NCBI GenBank assembly: GCA_964562885.1
Contig: CAZLVC010000001.1
Span: 152,688 to 216,687 of the forward strand
Origin: an uncultured Candidatus Peribacteria bacterium
Lineage (GTDB): Bacteria; Patescibacteriota; Gracilibacteria; Peribacterales; Peribacteraceae
Length of the DNA stretch: 64,000 bases
Reading direction: 5' to 3'
Part shown: positions 35,710 to 45,582 of the stretch, one piece after another
Position numbering within the stretch: the stretch's first letter is position 1
Layout: every line of letters begins with the position of its first letter
The notes under the pieces: generated by a model
The model's database searches: none
The model's input: only the letters and a program-made list of their open reading frames with translations
What the model was told of the DNA's origin: nothing
Position numbers and translations under genes: made by a program

Positions 35710-35896
35710 CGCAGGTGATCATAGCAAATTTGCGTGAGGGTGCCACGCGAAAGTACCATGTGTTTTTGAAGGTGAAGATAAAAGTTCGAGTATGTTGAGG
35801 GTGAGATGTAGGACGGAAGATGAAAGAATGGGAGTGGGCAGCTGTAAGAGTATTTAACTTTCTTTTTTGTGATAATTATGTTATAATAATTTATTC

Positions 35897-37645
35897 ATGA
35901 AACATAAACACACATTGTTGATTTTGCAGGTCATTCTGACGATCGTTTTACAGAGCATGCTCACTGTTGCTGGTACGGTGTCTGCAAAAAATATTAAGGA
36001 ACCATCTCCTTCAATTGACGAAATAAAAACACTATGGAATACAGCAACGAGTGCAACAAAGCACAAAGCAGCTTTGCTCCAAAATTTGTGGATGACAGAT
36101 GAAAAGATGCTCAAGGCAAAGAAAGATTTAGCCAGTGCATCAAGAAAGCGAAACGATCTTCGATTTCGTATTATTAATCACCGTACGTATATCGAGGAAA
36201 TTTCTCGGCAAGTACAACGACTGGAATCAATGAATACTGCGAATTCGCTTCAAATTCAAGTAGAGAGTGGTGCTCTTCGCACCATTGCAGGTTACCTTGT
36301 TCGTCGACAGATTGTTGTGGCAGATATTAGCGTGGTGACGTCGCTCTTACGAGATCATACCGTCAGCGCATTGCTCGTCGCTAAGCATCTAGCTCAAGGA
36401 CACATCGAACGTATGGCTCAACTTCAGCAAGACCAACAACATCTTCGCTTAACCATGGAGCGTCTTACTGTGGTACGGCATGTATTAGAAGAGGAATTAG
36501 TAGGACTTGAGAATGAGCATCGATCGATGGTGAAGATTGTGTCAAAAACTGCAGTATTGATCGATACCAGTTGGCAGACAAAGGAATTGACTGAGTCTGA
36601 ATTAAAATCCGTTGCAACTGAGGCTGCAGAAGCCAGTGCACGTGTTCACGAACTACAGGCAACCATTGGTACTGTGGGTGCAACGATCACCAGTGAAAAA
36701 CGTAAAGCGAAAGAAGTTGAACTTGAAGCACACAAGAAGATACGAGATGACATAGCAATGAATATTCAATTGCTTAAGCAAGAAGATGCAGACTACCGAG
36801 ACGCGCAGATAGCATTGCGTGAGGCTGAAGAGGCAATGGACGCATCAAAAAATACAGATAAGAAGCTCTACCGTAAAATTGTTGAAAAAGAGCAAGAATT
36901 AGCGACGAAGAAAGATGTTCTGGAGCGTGGTATTTTTTCCGATACTGGTCGAAAAGAAGATGAAGTGCTACTAACACTAAGGGAGAAAGAAGTGTTAAAA
37001 AAAGAGATTCGTATTCTGCTTATACAAATAGAGCAGATGACAAAAGGTGCAACGAGCGATGCAGCACGAATATTTGCCGAAGCACGGGAGCGCATGAATA
37101 TTGCTGAGAGCATTCATGCGTCGGTGGAGGCACGTTTGCTTACGAAAGAAACAGCACGAGCAGAAACTGAGGCAAAAATTAATCAACTCATCGCACAGAT
37201 GAATGACGCGGAAGCTTGGACCATAGGCTTACCACCAGTGTTTGTTTGGCCTGTCGATGGACAAGTATCGGCGGGATATTTAGACGAGGAATATCAGCAT
37301 GTTTTTCATATTCCTCATAAAGGAATTGACCTTGTGGTGAATCCACTAACGAAAGTTCGCTCCGTTGCCGATGGTATTGTGTATGCCTTAAAAGATGGTG
37401 GAAAAACAGGATACAGTTACGTTATTATTGCGCATGCAGATGGATACTCTTCCCTCTATGGACATATTTCGAAGGCACTTGTTTCGAAGGGAGATTTAGT
37501 TGAAGCTGGTCAGACGATTGCGCTTTCTGGTGGGGTGCCGGGTACGGCAGGCGCGGGGCATATGACCACAGGTGCACATGTGCATCTTGAAATTCTCAAA
37601 GATGGTTCACATCTTGACCCTCTACTTGCATTACCTCCTCGCTAA
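35897..37645 (+). CDS. M23-family metallopeptidase with long N-terminal coiled coil (EnvC-like)
   Basis: Signal or TM segment, about 400 aa of coiled coil, then an M23 core (HKGIDL...GAHVHLEI). Confidence 0.9.
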   Translation: MKHKHTLLILQVILTIVLQSMLTVAGTVSAKNIKEPSPSIDEIKTLWNTATSATKHKAALLQNLWMTDEKMLKAKKDLASASRKRNDLRFRIINHRTYIEEISRQVQRLESMNTANSLQIQVESGALRTIAGYLVRRQIVVADISVVTSLLRDHTVSALLVAKHLAQGHIERMAQLQQDQQHLRLTMERLTVVRHVLEEELVGLENEHRSMVKIVSKTAVLIDTSWQTKELTESELKSVATEAAEASARVHELQATIGTVGATITSEKRKAKEVELEAHKKIRDDIAMNIQLLKQEDADYRDAQIALREAEEAMDASKNTDKKLYRKIVEKEQELATKKDVLERGIFSDTGRKEDEVLLTLREKEVLKKEIRILLIQIEQMTKGATSDAARIFAEARERMNIAESIHASVEARLLTKETARAETEAKINQLIAQMNDAEAWTIGLPPVFVWPVDGQVSAGYLDEEYQHVFHIPHKGIDLVVNPLTKVRSVADGIVYALKDGGKTGYSYVIIAHADGYSSLYGHISKALVSKGDLVEAGQTIALSGGVPGTAGAGHMTTGAHVHLEILKDGSHLDPLLALPPR

Positions 37646-37663
37646 TTTATTCCTTCTTTTTTT

Positions 37664-38131
37664 ATGACTCCAACTTCATTCCGGGACATAGCAGAGATCA
37701 TCGCACATGGTGATGCACGCGATTTGCAAGAGATAAGGAAGGGTATTGAAGAGGAAATGGTCATTCGATCTGGTAGTGAAACGAGTGAGGCACAAGAGGA
37801 AGCTGTGATTCGACGAAGAGTACTGGATATTCGTGAAATCACATCCGATCAATTAAGGGTATTACTGACGCAGATTGAACAGCGGGAGATCGTATTGCGC
37901 ACAGCGTCTTCTTTACCTCGTTCGCCTTCTGCATCTATGGAAGGAACTTCCCTTCTTCCTCGTGACGTAACGTTTGGACCAGGAGAGAAAACTCTTCTTG
38001 GTCAACCAGTTCCTCCAGCATTGCGTGCTGCAATCGATGCTGCAAGAGGGAGGCGAGAGGAAGAGGATCAACCTAGAAAAGATGCTCCTGGCATCTTTAA
38101 ACGAATCCTGAAATGGTTGAAGAGATCATGA
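37664..38131 (+). CDS. Hypothetical protein
   Basis: 155-aa charged ORF, 18 nt downstream of the M23 gene. Confidence 0.5.
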   Translation: MTPTSFRDIAEIIAHGDARDLQEIRKGIEEEMVIRSGSETSEAQEEAVIRRRVLDIREITSDQLRVLLTQIEQREIVLRTASSLPRSPSASMEGTSLLPRDVTFGPGEKTLLGQPVPPALRAAIDAARGRREEEDQPRKDAPGIFKRILKWLKRS

Positions 38132-38144
38132 AGTATTGAGTTTT

Positions 38145-38822
38145 TTATCGATTCTTCGGTCCTATAATCACGACAAATTCACCTTTTATTTTGAGGTTTT
38201 TAATCAATACTGGCGCGTCATTTACAGTTGTTGTCAGTATTTCCTCATGCATTTTTGTTAATTCTCGTGCAATGACGATTGTTCGCTTGGGTTCTTTGGA
38301 TAATGCGGTACAAATTTCTGCAAGTGTTTTTACTATGCGGTGAGGTGATTCGTAGAAGACGATTGTTTTTTCTTCCTCTGTCCAAGAGGCAATGAGTGAT
38401 TTTCTTCCCTTCTTTAGGGGTAAAAATCCAAGATACATAAATTGGTTGATTGGCAGACCGCTAGCGCTTAAAGCGACTAAAAATGCCGAAGGTCCTGGAA
38501 GCGCTTCTATTCTTATACCAGCCTTTCTTACCTCTGAAACAACGGTAAAGCCAGGGTCGGATATGCCGGGAGTTCCCGCATCCGATACTAAACACAAATG
38601 TTCGCCTTGCTTTAATCGGTTAAGAATAATTTCTATTTTCCTGTGATCAGTATACCCATGGAATGAGATTAGTTCTTTCCTTGGGAGGCCAAGCAGTTGC
38701 AGTAAATGTCCGGACACTCTCGTATCTTCACAGATGATTGCTATACATACTTCTAAAGCCTCTTTTGCACGAAGCGTGATATCTTTTAAGTTGCCGATAG
38801 GTGTTGGGACAATTGTCAGCAT
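38145..38822 (-). CDS. rsmI: 16S rRNA (cytidine1402-2'-O)-methyltransferase
   Basis: TPIGNLKDITLRA N-terminus and a tetrapyrrole-methylase fold pattern typical of RsmI. Confidence 0.92.
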   Translation of the reverse strand: MLTIVPTPIGNLKDITLRAKEALEVCIAIICEDTRVSGHLLQLLGLPRKELISFHGYTDHRKIEIILNRLKQGEHLCLVSDAGTPGISDPGFTVVSEVRKAGIRIEALPGPSAFLVALSASGLPINQFMYLGFLPLKKGRKSLIASWTEEEKTIVFYESPHRIVKTLAEICTALSKEPKRTIVIARELTKMHEEILTTTVNDAPVLIKNLKIKGEFVVIIGPKNR

Positions 38823-38962
38823 GGTTCCTAGGGTATCGTGTTTTGCTTTGTGCTACTAGCTGAACAACGTTTCGTGATTTACGTGTACTTTTTGTTCTTA
38901 ACTGCCCTCTTTCCTTTCTTTTAATTTCTGGTAGTCTCTACAGGCTTTTTGCACTTCATTTT

Positions 38963-41554
38963 ATGGCTAAAATACCTCCATCGGGCAATAATAGCGAGCA
39001 GGCATCTCTCCTCATTAATAATATGGGTAAGGTAAACCCGCGTCCTATTGTCACTGAAATGGAGGATAGTTATTTGTCGTACGCCATGAGCGTTATTGTG
39101 TCGCGTGCTCTTCCCGATGCTCGTGATGGGTTAAAGCCTGTGCATCGACGTATTATGTACGCGATGCTGAAAGAAGGGTTGCTACCTTCGCATAAGTATT
39201 CCAAGTGCGCGGGTGTCGTGGGTGAGGTACTTAAAAAATATCATCCTCATGGTGATAGCCCCGTGTACGAAGCGATGGTGCGCTTGGTGCAAGAATTTTC
39301 TATGCGCTATCCCCTCATTGATGGTCAGGGGAACTTTGGATCCATTGATGGCGATAATGCTGCTGCGTATCGTTACACCGAGTGTCGTTTGGAAAAAATT
39401 GCCCTAGAACTTTTGACAGATATTGAAAAAAATACCGTTGATTTTCGTCCCAATTACGATGGTACGGTCAAGGAGCCCTCGGTTTTGCCTTCTAAAATTC
39501 CCAATCTTCTTTTAAATGGAACAGTGGGTATTGCGGTCGGTATGGCTACCAATATTCCACCGCATAATTTGCGCGAGCTTGTACAAGCCATTTTGCATCT
39601 TACTGATCATCCAGATGCAACTGTTGAGGATTTACTGGAGTTTGTACAGGGTCCGGATTTTCCTACCGCTGGGTTTGTCTACAACAAAGAGGCCCTAAAG
39701 CAAGCATACCTCACGGGTCGTGGTTCGGTTATCTGTCGTGGAAAGGCTGAAATTGAAGAGGTAGGGAATAGGCATATTATCCGTATTTCGGAGTTACCGT
39801 ATCAGGTTAATAAAGCAGTACTTATTACTCGCGTTGCTGAGCTCGTGACCGATAAAGTGATTCAAGGAATTTCGGATATTCGGGATGAATCCGATCGTGA
39901 CGGTATTCGCGTTATCATTGAATTAAAGAAGGATAGTTATCCTCAAAAAATTCTGAATCAACTGTATAAACATACTGATTTACAGACAAGTTTTGGGTAT
40001 AACTGCATAGCACTTTCCGATGGCATTCAGCCTAAGCTTCTTAATTTGCAGGAACTGCTAAGTATCTTTATTTTGCATCGACGGACGGTTATCACGCGAC
40101 GTGTAACATTCGACCGCGATCGCGCGAAAGAGCGTGCACATATTCTTGAGGGTCTTACCATAGCATTAGATCATATTGATGCTGTCATTAAAACGATTAA
40201 AGAAAGTGATTCACAGGACGACGCGCGTCAGTCCCTCATCAAGAAGTTTAAACTTTCTGAGATTCAAGCAAATGCTATTTTAGAAATGCAATTGCGACGT
40301 TTGGCAGGTTTGGAACGCAAGAAAATTCAAGATGAACTAAAGGAAACCTTGGCATTTATTAAAGAATGTGAAGCAATTTTAAAAGATAAAAAGCGTATCG
40401 ATGCTATTATGAAGCAAGAACTTGAGGATATTTCGTCTAAGTATGGTGATGATCGTCGCACGGTTGTTGTGCCACATGCCGTTGGTGAGTTCTCTGCAAA
40501 AGATACTATCCCAAACGCACCAATGATCGTCACATTAACGCGTCATGGATACGTGAAGCGCTTGAGTCCAGCTCAGTTCCGTGCTCAAAATCGTGGAGGG
40601 AAGGGCATTAAGGGAATGACGACCAAAGAAGAAGACGAAATTATGAGCCTTGTGAGTGCTAGTAACCACGATGACATGCTCTTCTTTACCAATACAGGTC
40701 GTGTCTTCCAGCTCCCTGTGTATGAACTCCCACAAGCAAGTCGTACTGCAAAGGGACAGGCCATTGTGAATTTATTGCAGTTGCAACCAGGTGAGAAGGT
40801 CGCTGCAATTATGAAGGCAAAACTTGAAGGCAAAACACACTTGTTCATGACAACTAAAGAGGGGACGGTGAAGCGCACCGATCTTGCAGAGTTTTCCAAT
40901 ATTCGTCGCTCTGGTCTCATTGCTCAAAAAGTGAACGATGGAGATGAGCTTAAGTGGGTTGTTGCAACAAGTGGAAAAGACGAGATCTTCCTTTTGAGTA
41001 AAAAAGGAAAGTCCATTCGCTTTATTGAAGAAGATGTTCGCGCAATGGGCCGAGCCGCTGCGGGTGTACGTGGCATAAGGCTTGGAGCGGGAGACGAAGT
41101 GGTTGAAGCAGCTGCACTTGTTGCTGCTGAAAAGTCGCAACTACTTGTGGTCATGGAAAATGGTTTAGGCAAGGCTACGCCAGTTGACTTGTATCGATTA
41201 CAAGGACGTGGAGGTAGTGGCGTAAAAGCAGCGCAGCTCAATGCAAAAACGGGCGATATTGTGGGGGGCTGTATTTTGCAGGATAACGATCAGGGTGACC
41301 TCATTTGTATTAGTAAGCAGGGTCAGGCAATTCGCATGCGCTTAAGTGATATTCCTATTCGTGGTCGTGCAACACAGGGGGTTATTGTTATGCGTTTGGA
41401 TGCTGGCGATAAAGTTGCTTCGGTTAGCGTTATTATGCACGATGCTAATGCGGTTGAAGCTGCAGAAGAGGCAGCAGAAGAAGATCAGATGCTTATAGAA
41501 GAATTACCTGAAGTAGAGGCTGAAGAAGAAGCGCCTAAAAAGAAGAAGAAGTAA
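38963..41554 (+). CDS. gyrA: DNA gyrase subunit A
   Basis: [23 protein letters not shown], an active-site Tyr region ([11 protein letters not shown]), C-terminal beta-pinwheel repeats and an acidic tail. Confidence 0.98.
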   Translation: MAKIPPSGNNSEQASLLINNMGKVNPRPIVTEMEDSYLSYAMSVIVSRALPDARDGLKPVHRRIMYAMLKEGLLPSHKYSKCAGVVGEVLKKYHPHGDSPVYEAMVRLVQEFSMRYPLIDGQGNFGSIDGDNAAAYRYTECRLEKIALELLTDIEKNTVDFRPNYDGTVKEPSVLPSKIPNLLLNGTVGIAVGMATNIPPHNLRELVQAILHLTDHPDATVEDLLEFVQGPDFPTAGFVYNKEALKQAYLTGRGSVICRGKAEIEEVGNRHIIRISELPYQVNKAVLITRVAELVTDKVIQGISDIRDESDRDGIRVIIELKKDSYPQKILNQLYKHTDLQTSFGYNCIALSDGIQPKLLNLQELLSIFILHRRTVITRRVTFDRDRAKERAHILEGLTIALDHIDAVIKTIKESDSQDDARQSLIKKFKLSEIQANAILEMQLRRLAGLERKKIQDELKETLAFIKECEAILKDKKRIDAIMKQELEDISSKYGDDRRTVVVPHAVGEFSAKDTIPNAPMIVTLTRHGYVKRLSPAQFRAQNRGGKGIKGMTTKEEDEIMSLVSASNHDDMLFFTNTGRVFQLPVYELPQASRTAKGQAIVNLLQLQPGEKVAAIMKAKLEGKTHLFMTTKEGTVKRTDLAEFSNIRRSGLIAQKVNDGDELKWVVATSGKDEIFLLSKKGKSIRFIEEDVRAMGRAAAGVRGIRLGAGDEVVEAAALVAAEKSQLLVVMENGLGKATPVDLYRLQGRGGSGVKAAQLNAKTGDIVGGCILQDNDQGDLICISKQGQAIRMRLSDIPIRGRATQGVIVMRLDAGDKVASVSVIMHDANAVEAAEEAAEEDQMLIEELPEVEAEEEAPKKKKK

Positions 41555-41607
41555 GAAGGCGCATTTGCCTTGCGAATTAGTCTGTTTTCTCGTACACTCC
41601 CATAGCT

Positions 41608-41895
41608 ATGAAGAAAGATATTCATCCAACAATGCATTTCGATTCCGTCACAACGTGTATGTCATGTGGCGCGAAGTTTGATGTCCCTAGTACGGTAAAG
41701 GTCATGCAAGTTGAAGTTTGCTCATTTTGTCATCCTGTCTATACAGGTGAATTCCGCTCAACAATGGCCTCAGGTCGTGTCGATCGCTTCCGTAAGGCTG
41801 CAGAAGCTAGTAAAAAGAAACAAGAAGTTTTGAAGGAAATTGAGGAAAAGCGCAAAACAAAGCCGGTAAAGACGAAGAAGGTGATGAAAAAGTAG
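41608..41895 (+). CDS. rpmE: 50S ribosomal protein L31
   Basis: MKKDIHP...C..C...C.FCHPVYTG motif with a Lys-rich C-terminal extension. Confidence 0.92.
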   Translation: MKKDIHPTMHFDSVTTCMSCGAKFDVPSTVKVMQVEVCSFCHPVYTGEFRSTMASGRVDRFRKAAEASKKKQEVLKEIEEKRKTKPVKTKKVMKK

Positions 41896-41976
41896 CATGT
41901 TTTTTTCTTCAGTGCGCTGATATCTTCCTTTTCGCTTATCCATGCGTCTTTTTGTGTTTTGTGCTATACTAGAAGC

Positions 41977-42687
41977 ATGAATAGTCGTCAGGCGAAGCTA
42001 CTTTCGGCCATCATCGATCAGTTTATCGACTCAGCGATTCCTGTTGGTTCACATCACATTATTGAACAGGGACTTTTTCCTGTATCTGGTGCGACTATTC
42101 GCAATGAAATGCGTGCGCTCAGCGACGAGGGTTTATTGCATCAGCCTCATACATCAGCCGGTCGTATTCCTACAGTCAAAGGGTACAGAATGTATGTTCA
42201 TGAGTTTTTAGATGTCACGACGCATGAGAAGGCTGTACGACATAAATTCGATGTCCTTCGACAGCAGTATTTTCAGCACAAAGACCGTGAACGTGTGTAC
42301 GAAGCAGTAGGACTCCTTGCAGGAATGATGCCAAACGTAGCATTTGCAACGGTTCCTCACCGTGAGCGAGTGTATTACCTTGGACTTTCCAATGCGGTAC
42401 GCTTACCGGAATTTCAGGGAGACACACAATTGATGTCTGGAGTTGTAGAGGTGCTTGAAAAACGTTTAGCAGAATTACTCAATCGCATTTCACTCACTGA
42501 TGCGATTCAATATTTTATTGGCGAGAAAAATCTTTGTTCCGAATTTGAAAGTTGCTCCATGCTTGTAACAAAGTACGCCATACGCGATCAAGTTGGTGCG
42601 ATTGGTGTTTTAGGCCCCGTACGCATGGATTACGGATATAATACTGTTGCGCTCGATATGGTGCGCAGTTTATTGAACGATTTTTAA
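41977..42687 (+). CDS. hrcA: Heat-inducible transcription repressor HrcA (short form)
   Basis: N-terminal wHTH (RQAKLLSAIIDQFI...PVGS..., SGATIRNEM..L...GLL.QPHTSAGRIPT..GYR.YV). At 236 aa it is shorter than the roughly 340 aa I recall for typical HrcA. Confidence 0.82.
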   Translation: MNSRQAKLLSAIIDQFIDSAIPVGSHHIIEQGLFPVSGATIRNEMRALSDEGLLHQPHTSAGRIPTVKGYRMYVHEFLDVTTHEKAVRHKFDVLRQQYFQHKDRERVYEAVGLLAGMMPNVAFATVPHRERVYYLGLSNAVRLPEFQGDTQLMSGVVEVLEKRLAELLNRISLTDAIQYFIGEKNLCSEFESCSMLVTKYAIRDQVGAIGVLGPVRMDYGYNTVALDMVRSLLNDF

Positions 42688-42723
42688 TTTCTGTCGATTT
42701 TTATAGCAACAACAGCATCACAG

Positions 42724-45429
42724 TTGGCACTTCTCCGCATAAGACCTACACTTCCCGACCAAGAAGATGTTGGGAGCAGCCGTGGTCCACTTCATATTGA
42801 GTCTGCCATTGCTGCACTTCATTCCCTTCGCGGTCAGAGTGGGTTTATTAGTTTTGAAATTGGGTCATACCAGGGCAAGATTTGTTTTTTTGTCCGTGCA
42901 CTAAGGCGTGCATTACCTATTATTGAAAGTCAGTTATACGCGCAGTATCCAGACATTGATATTGAACACATTGCCATCACAGCATTAGAGCCAAAAGATG
43001 GTGAAGTTATTTTTTCAACAGATTTACGATTAGATAAACACGAAATGTATCCCATTAAGCGACATCCACAATTTGATGATCTTTTAAGTCGTCAAAACGT
43101 AGACACGATTGCAGGTCTTACATCGGCACTTCTTCGGTATCCGTATCCTGGGATGCGGGGCCATATTCAATTGAGCTTTTCGCCACTGTCGCAATCTTAT
43201 CGCAAGCGAGTTCTTAAATTTTTGCCACTCATGAAACGAGGACTTTCGAAACGATTCGGTTGGTATGCGCATCTATTTGCTACGGTTCATTTGGCACGCG
43301 GATGGCGCTGGTGGATAGGTCTTCCCCTTAATATTGCGATGGGTGGATTTAGGGCATGGTTTTCGTTTCTTCCGTCGCTTAGTGCGCTTCTTTCCGATGC
43401 CGTGGAACAAGAGGACGAGAGCAGTGATGAGGCAAATAAAGTAAGTAAACGCAGTCATGAGAATGAAGATGCTCTCAGTGCGATTGTTGATAAAGTGAAT
43501 CGGTTCTTATTTGCAACAACAGTACGACTATCTGTGGTTGGAACAAAAGATCACGAAGAAGCAGCAATTCATAAACTAGCGGAAATGGTCAGCAGTTTCC
43601 GTCAATTTTCTCTGCCACATTGCAATGGCTTTCAGCCAACTAAAGAATATCAGCATCAATCTTTTCTCTCACCTGTCCGCGTTCATCCATACGCTCTTTC
43701 GGTGGAAGAAATTGCAACACTGTGGCATTTTCCTAATGCATTAGTAAAAACTCCAAATATCGACTGGGTCCTCAGTAAAAAGTTAGAGCCCCCTGTAGAT
43801 TTACCCACGTACACTGCTGATTCTACTGATAGTACTGTACTGGGCGAAGCTGTTTTTCGCGGTCAGCGTAAAACGTTTGGTATTAAAACAGATGATCGTC
43901 GGCGACATTTGTATGCCATTGGCAAGACGGGAATGGGTAAATCGACTTTGCTCCTCAATATGATTTATTCCGATGTCATGGCAGGGAGAGGTGTTGGCGT
44001 TATTGATCCACATGGTGACTTAATTGAAGCCATTCTACGGTTTATTCCCTCCGAACGAACGAATGATGTTGTCCTGTTTGATCCTGCCGATCGTGAGTAT
44101 CCTTTAAGCTTCAATATGCTTTCGGCACCACACTCTGATCAGTATCCACTTGTTGTTTCTGGTCTGATGAGTGTGTTTACGAAGTTATGGCCAGATGTTT
44201 GGAGCGGGCGCATGGAGCATATTTTGCGTAATGCACTTCTTGCCCTTATTGAAGGACAAGGAAATTCGATGCTTGGAATTCTCCGCATGTTTTCGGATGA
44301 TCACTTTCGCACAAAGATTGTCACACATACGCAGGATCGTCTGGTACGAAGTTTTTGGGAAGATGAATACGCACAGTGGTCTGAAAAGTATCGAACAGAA
44401 GCCATTGCTGCTATTCAAAATAAAATTGGTCAATTGCTCTCGGTTCCTATTATTCGCAATATCGTCGGTCAGGTTACGAGTAAGTTAAGCATCCGAGAGG
44501 CGATGGATACAGGGAAAATTGTTCTCGTCAATTTAAGTAAGGGTAATATTGGCGAAGATAATTCGGCATTCTTAGGCTCAATGCTTGTCACTAAATTTCA
44601 GTTAGATGCCATGAGTAGAGCGGATATTCAGGAATCGCAGCGTAAGGACTTTTTTCTGTACGTGGATGAATTTCAAAACTTTGCCACTGAAAGTTTTGCG
44701 ACAATCCTTTCGGAGGCACGTAAATATCGTTTGTCCCTTACGCTCGCGCATCAATACGTTGGTCAGTTGCTGATTGGTGATAAAAGTACCGCATTACGCG
44801 ATGCAGTGTTTGGGAACGTGGGTTCTATGGTATCGTTCCAAATAGGTTCGGAAGATGCCGAGCTTTTTAGTGAGCAGTTTGAAGAAATGGTCCAGCCTAA
44901 GGATATTCTTAGTTTGCCCAAGTATCATGCGTACCTTCGTTTAATGATTCATGGGATGCCAAGTAAGCCATTTTCAATTTCCACACTTGCACCTCCGCAT
45001 GTTGTAGCAGATGAACGACGATTAGAAACTATTCGTCGAACTTCGCGTGAGAGGTATTGCGAAAAGAGGTCAATTGTTGAAGGAAAAATTAATGCATGGC
45101 TTGAAAGTGCAAAAGAAGCACGTAACAGTCTGAAAAAAGTTGAGAAAACTAAAGAAAAAGAAGCAGAGGAAAACGAGAAAGCTCGAAAAAAAGGTATGAA
45201 GTTAGTTGAATATCGCGCATGGAGAGATAGGGAAATGTGGACGAATGATTTTAATGCATTACGTAAAAAATCTATCCTTGAATCTTTGACAGAAGAAGAG
45301 CGTCAAAAGATGTCTGAATTACAACAAAAACTAGAGCAGAGTGGTGGAGTCCCGGCACCAAGCAAGGCGATTAACGAAGCCTTGATGCGTAAGGGAGGAA
45401 ATGGTCAGGTTGCACGTGATACTTTGTAG
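42724..45429 (+). CDS. TraG/TraD/VirD4-like P-loop ATPase (type IV coupling-protein-like)
   Basis: Walker A (IGKTGMGKSTLL), Walker B (FFLYVDEFQNFAT), a large N-terminal domain of unknown function and a Lys/Glu-rich C-terminal coiled coil. TTG start. Confidence 0.78.
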   Translation: MALLRIRPTLPDQEDVGSSRGPLHIESAIAALHSLRGQSGFISFEIGSYQGKICFFVRALRRALPIIESQLYAQYPDIDIEHIAITALEPKDGEVIFSTDLRLDKHEMYPIKRHPQFDDLLSRQNVDTIAGLTSALLRYPYPGMRGHIQLSFSPLSQSYRKRVLKFLPLMKRGLSKRFGWYAHLFATVHLARGWRWWIGLPLNIAMGGFRAWFSFLPSLSALLSDAVEQEDESSDEANKVSKRSHENEDALSAIVDKVNRFLFATTVRLSVVGTKDHEEAAIHKLAEMVSSFRQFSLPHCNGFQPTKEYQHQSFLSPVRVHPYALSVEEIATLWHFPNALVKTPNIDWVLSKKLEPPVDLPTYTADSTDSTVLGEAVFRGQRKTFGIKTDDRRRHLYAIGKTGMGKSTLLLNMIYSDVMAGRGVGVIDPHGDLIEAILRFIPSERTNDVVLFDPADREYPLSFNMLSAPHSDQYPLVVSGLMSVFTKLWPDVWSGRMEHILRNALLALIEGQGNSMLGILRMFSDDHFRTKIVTHTQDRLVRSFWEDEYAQWSEKYRTEAIAAIQNKIGQLLSVPIIRNIVGQVTSKLSIREAMDTGKIVLVNLSKGNIGEDNSAFLGSMLVTKFQLDAMSRADIQESQRKDFFLYVDEFQNFATESFATILSEARKYRLSLTLAHQYVGQLLIGDKSTALRDAVFGNVGSMVSFQIGSEDAELFSEQFEEMVQPKDILSLPKYHAYLRLMIHGMPSKPFSISTLAPPHVVADERRLETIRRTSRERYCEKRSIVEGKINAWLESAKEARNSLKKVEKTKEKEAEENEKARKKGMKLVEYRAWRDREMWTNDFNALRKKSILESLTEEERQKMSELQQKLEQSGGVPAPSKAINEALMRKGGNGQVARDTL

Positions 45430-45582
45430 TTTGTAACTTTAAGTAAGGAAAGTAATTCTTATCCTTTCTATCTTTGTTCTTGCGCTTTTTTTAGCTTCCT
45501 TTCTAAAGACTATGACTGGAAACTCCATTGATTTTTTCTTTCTTCACTTGCAGAATAATGAAGATTTTTTCCCCAATTTTTC

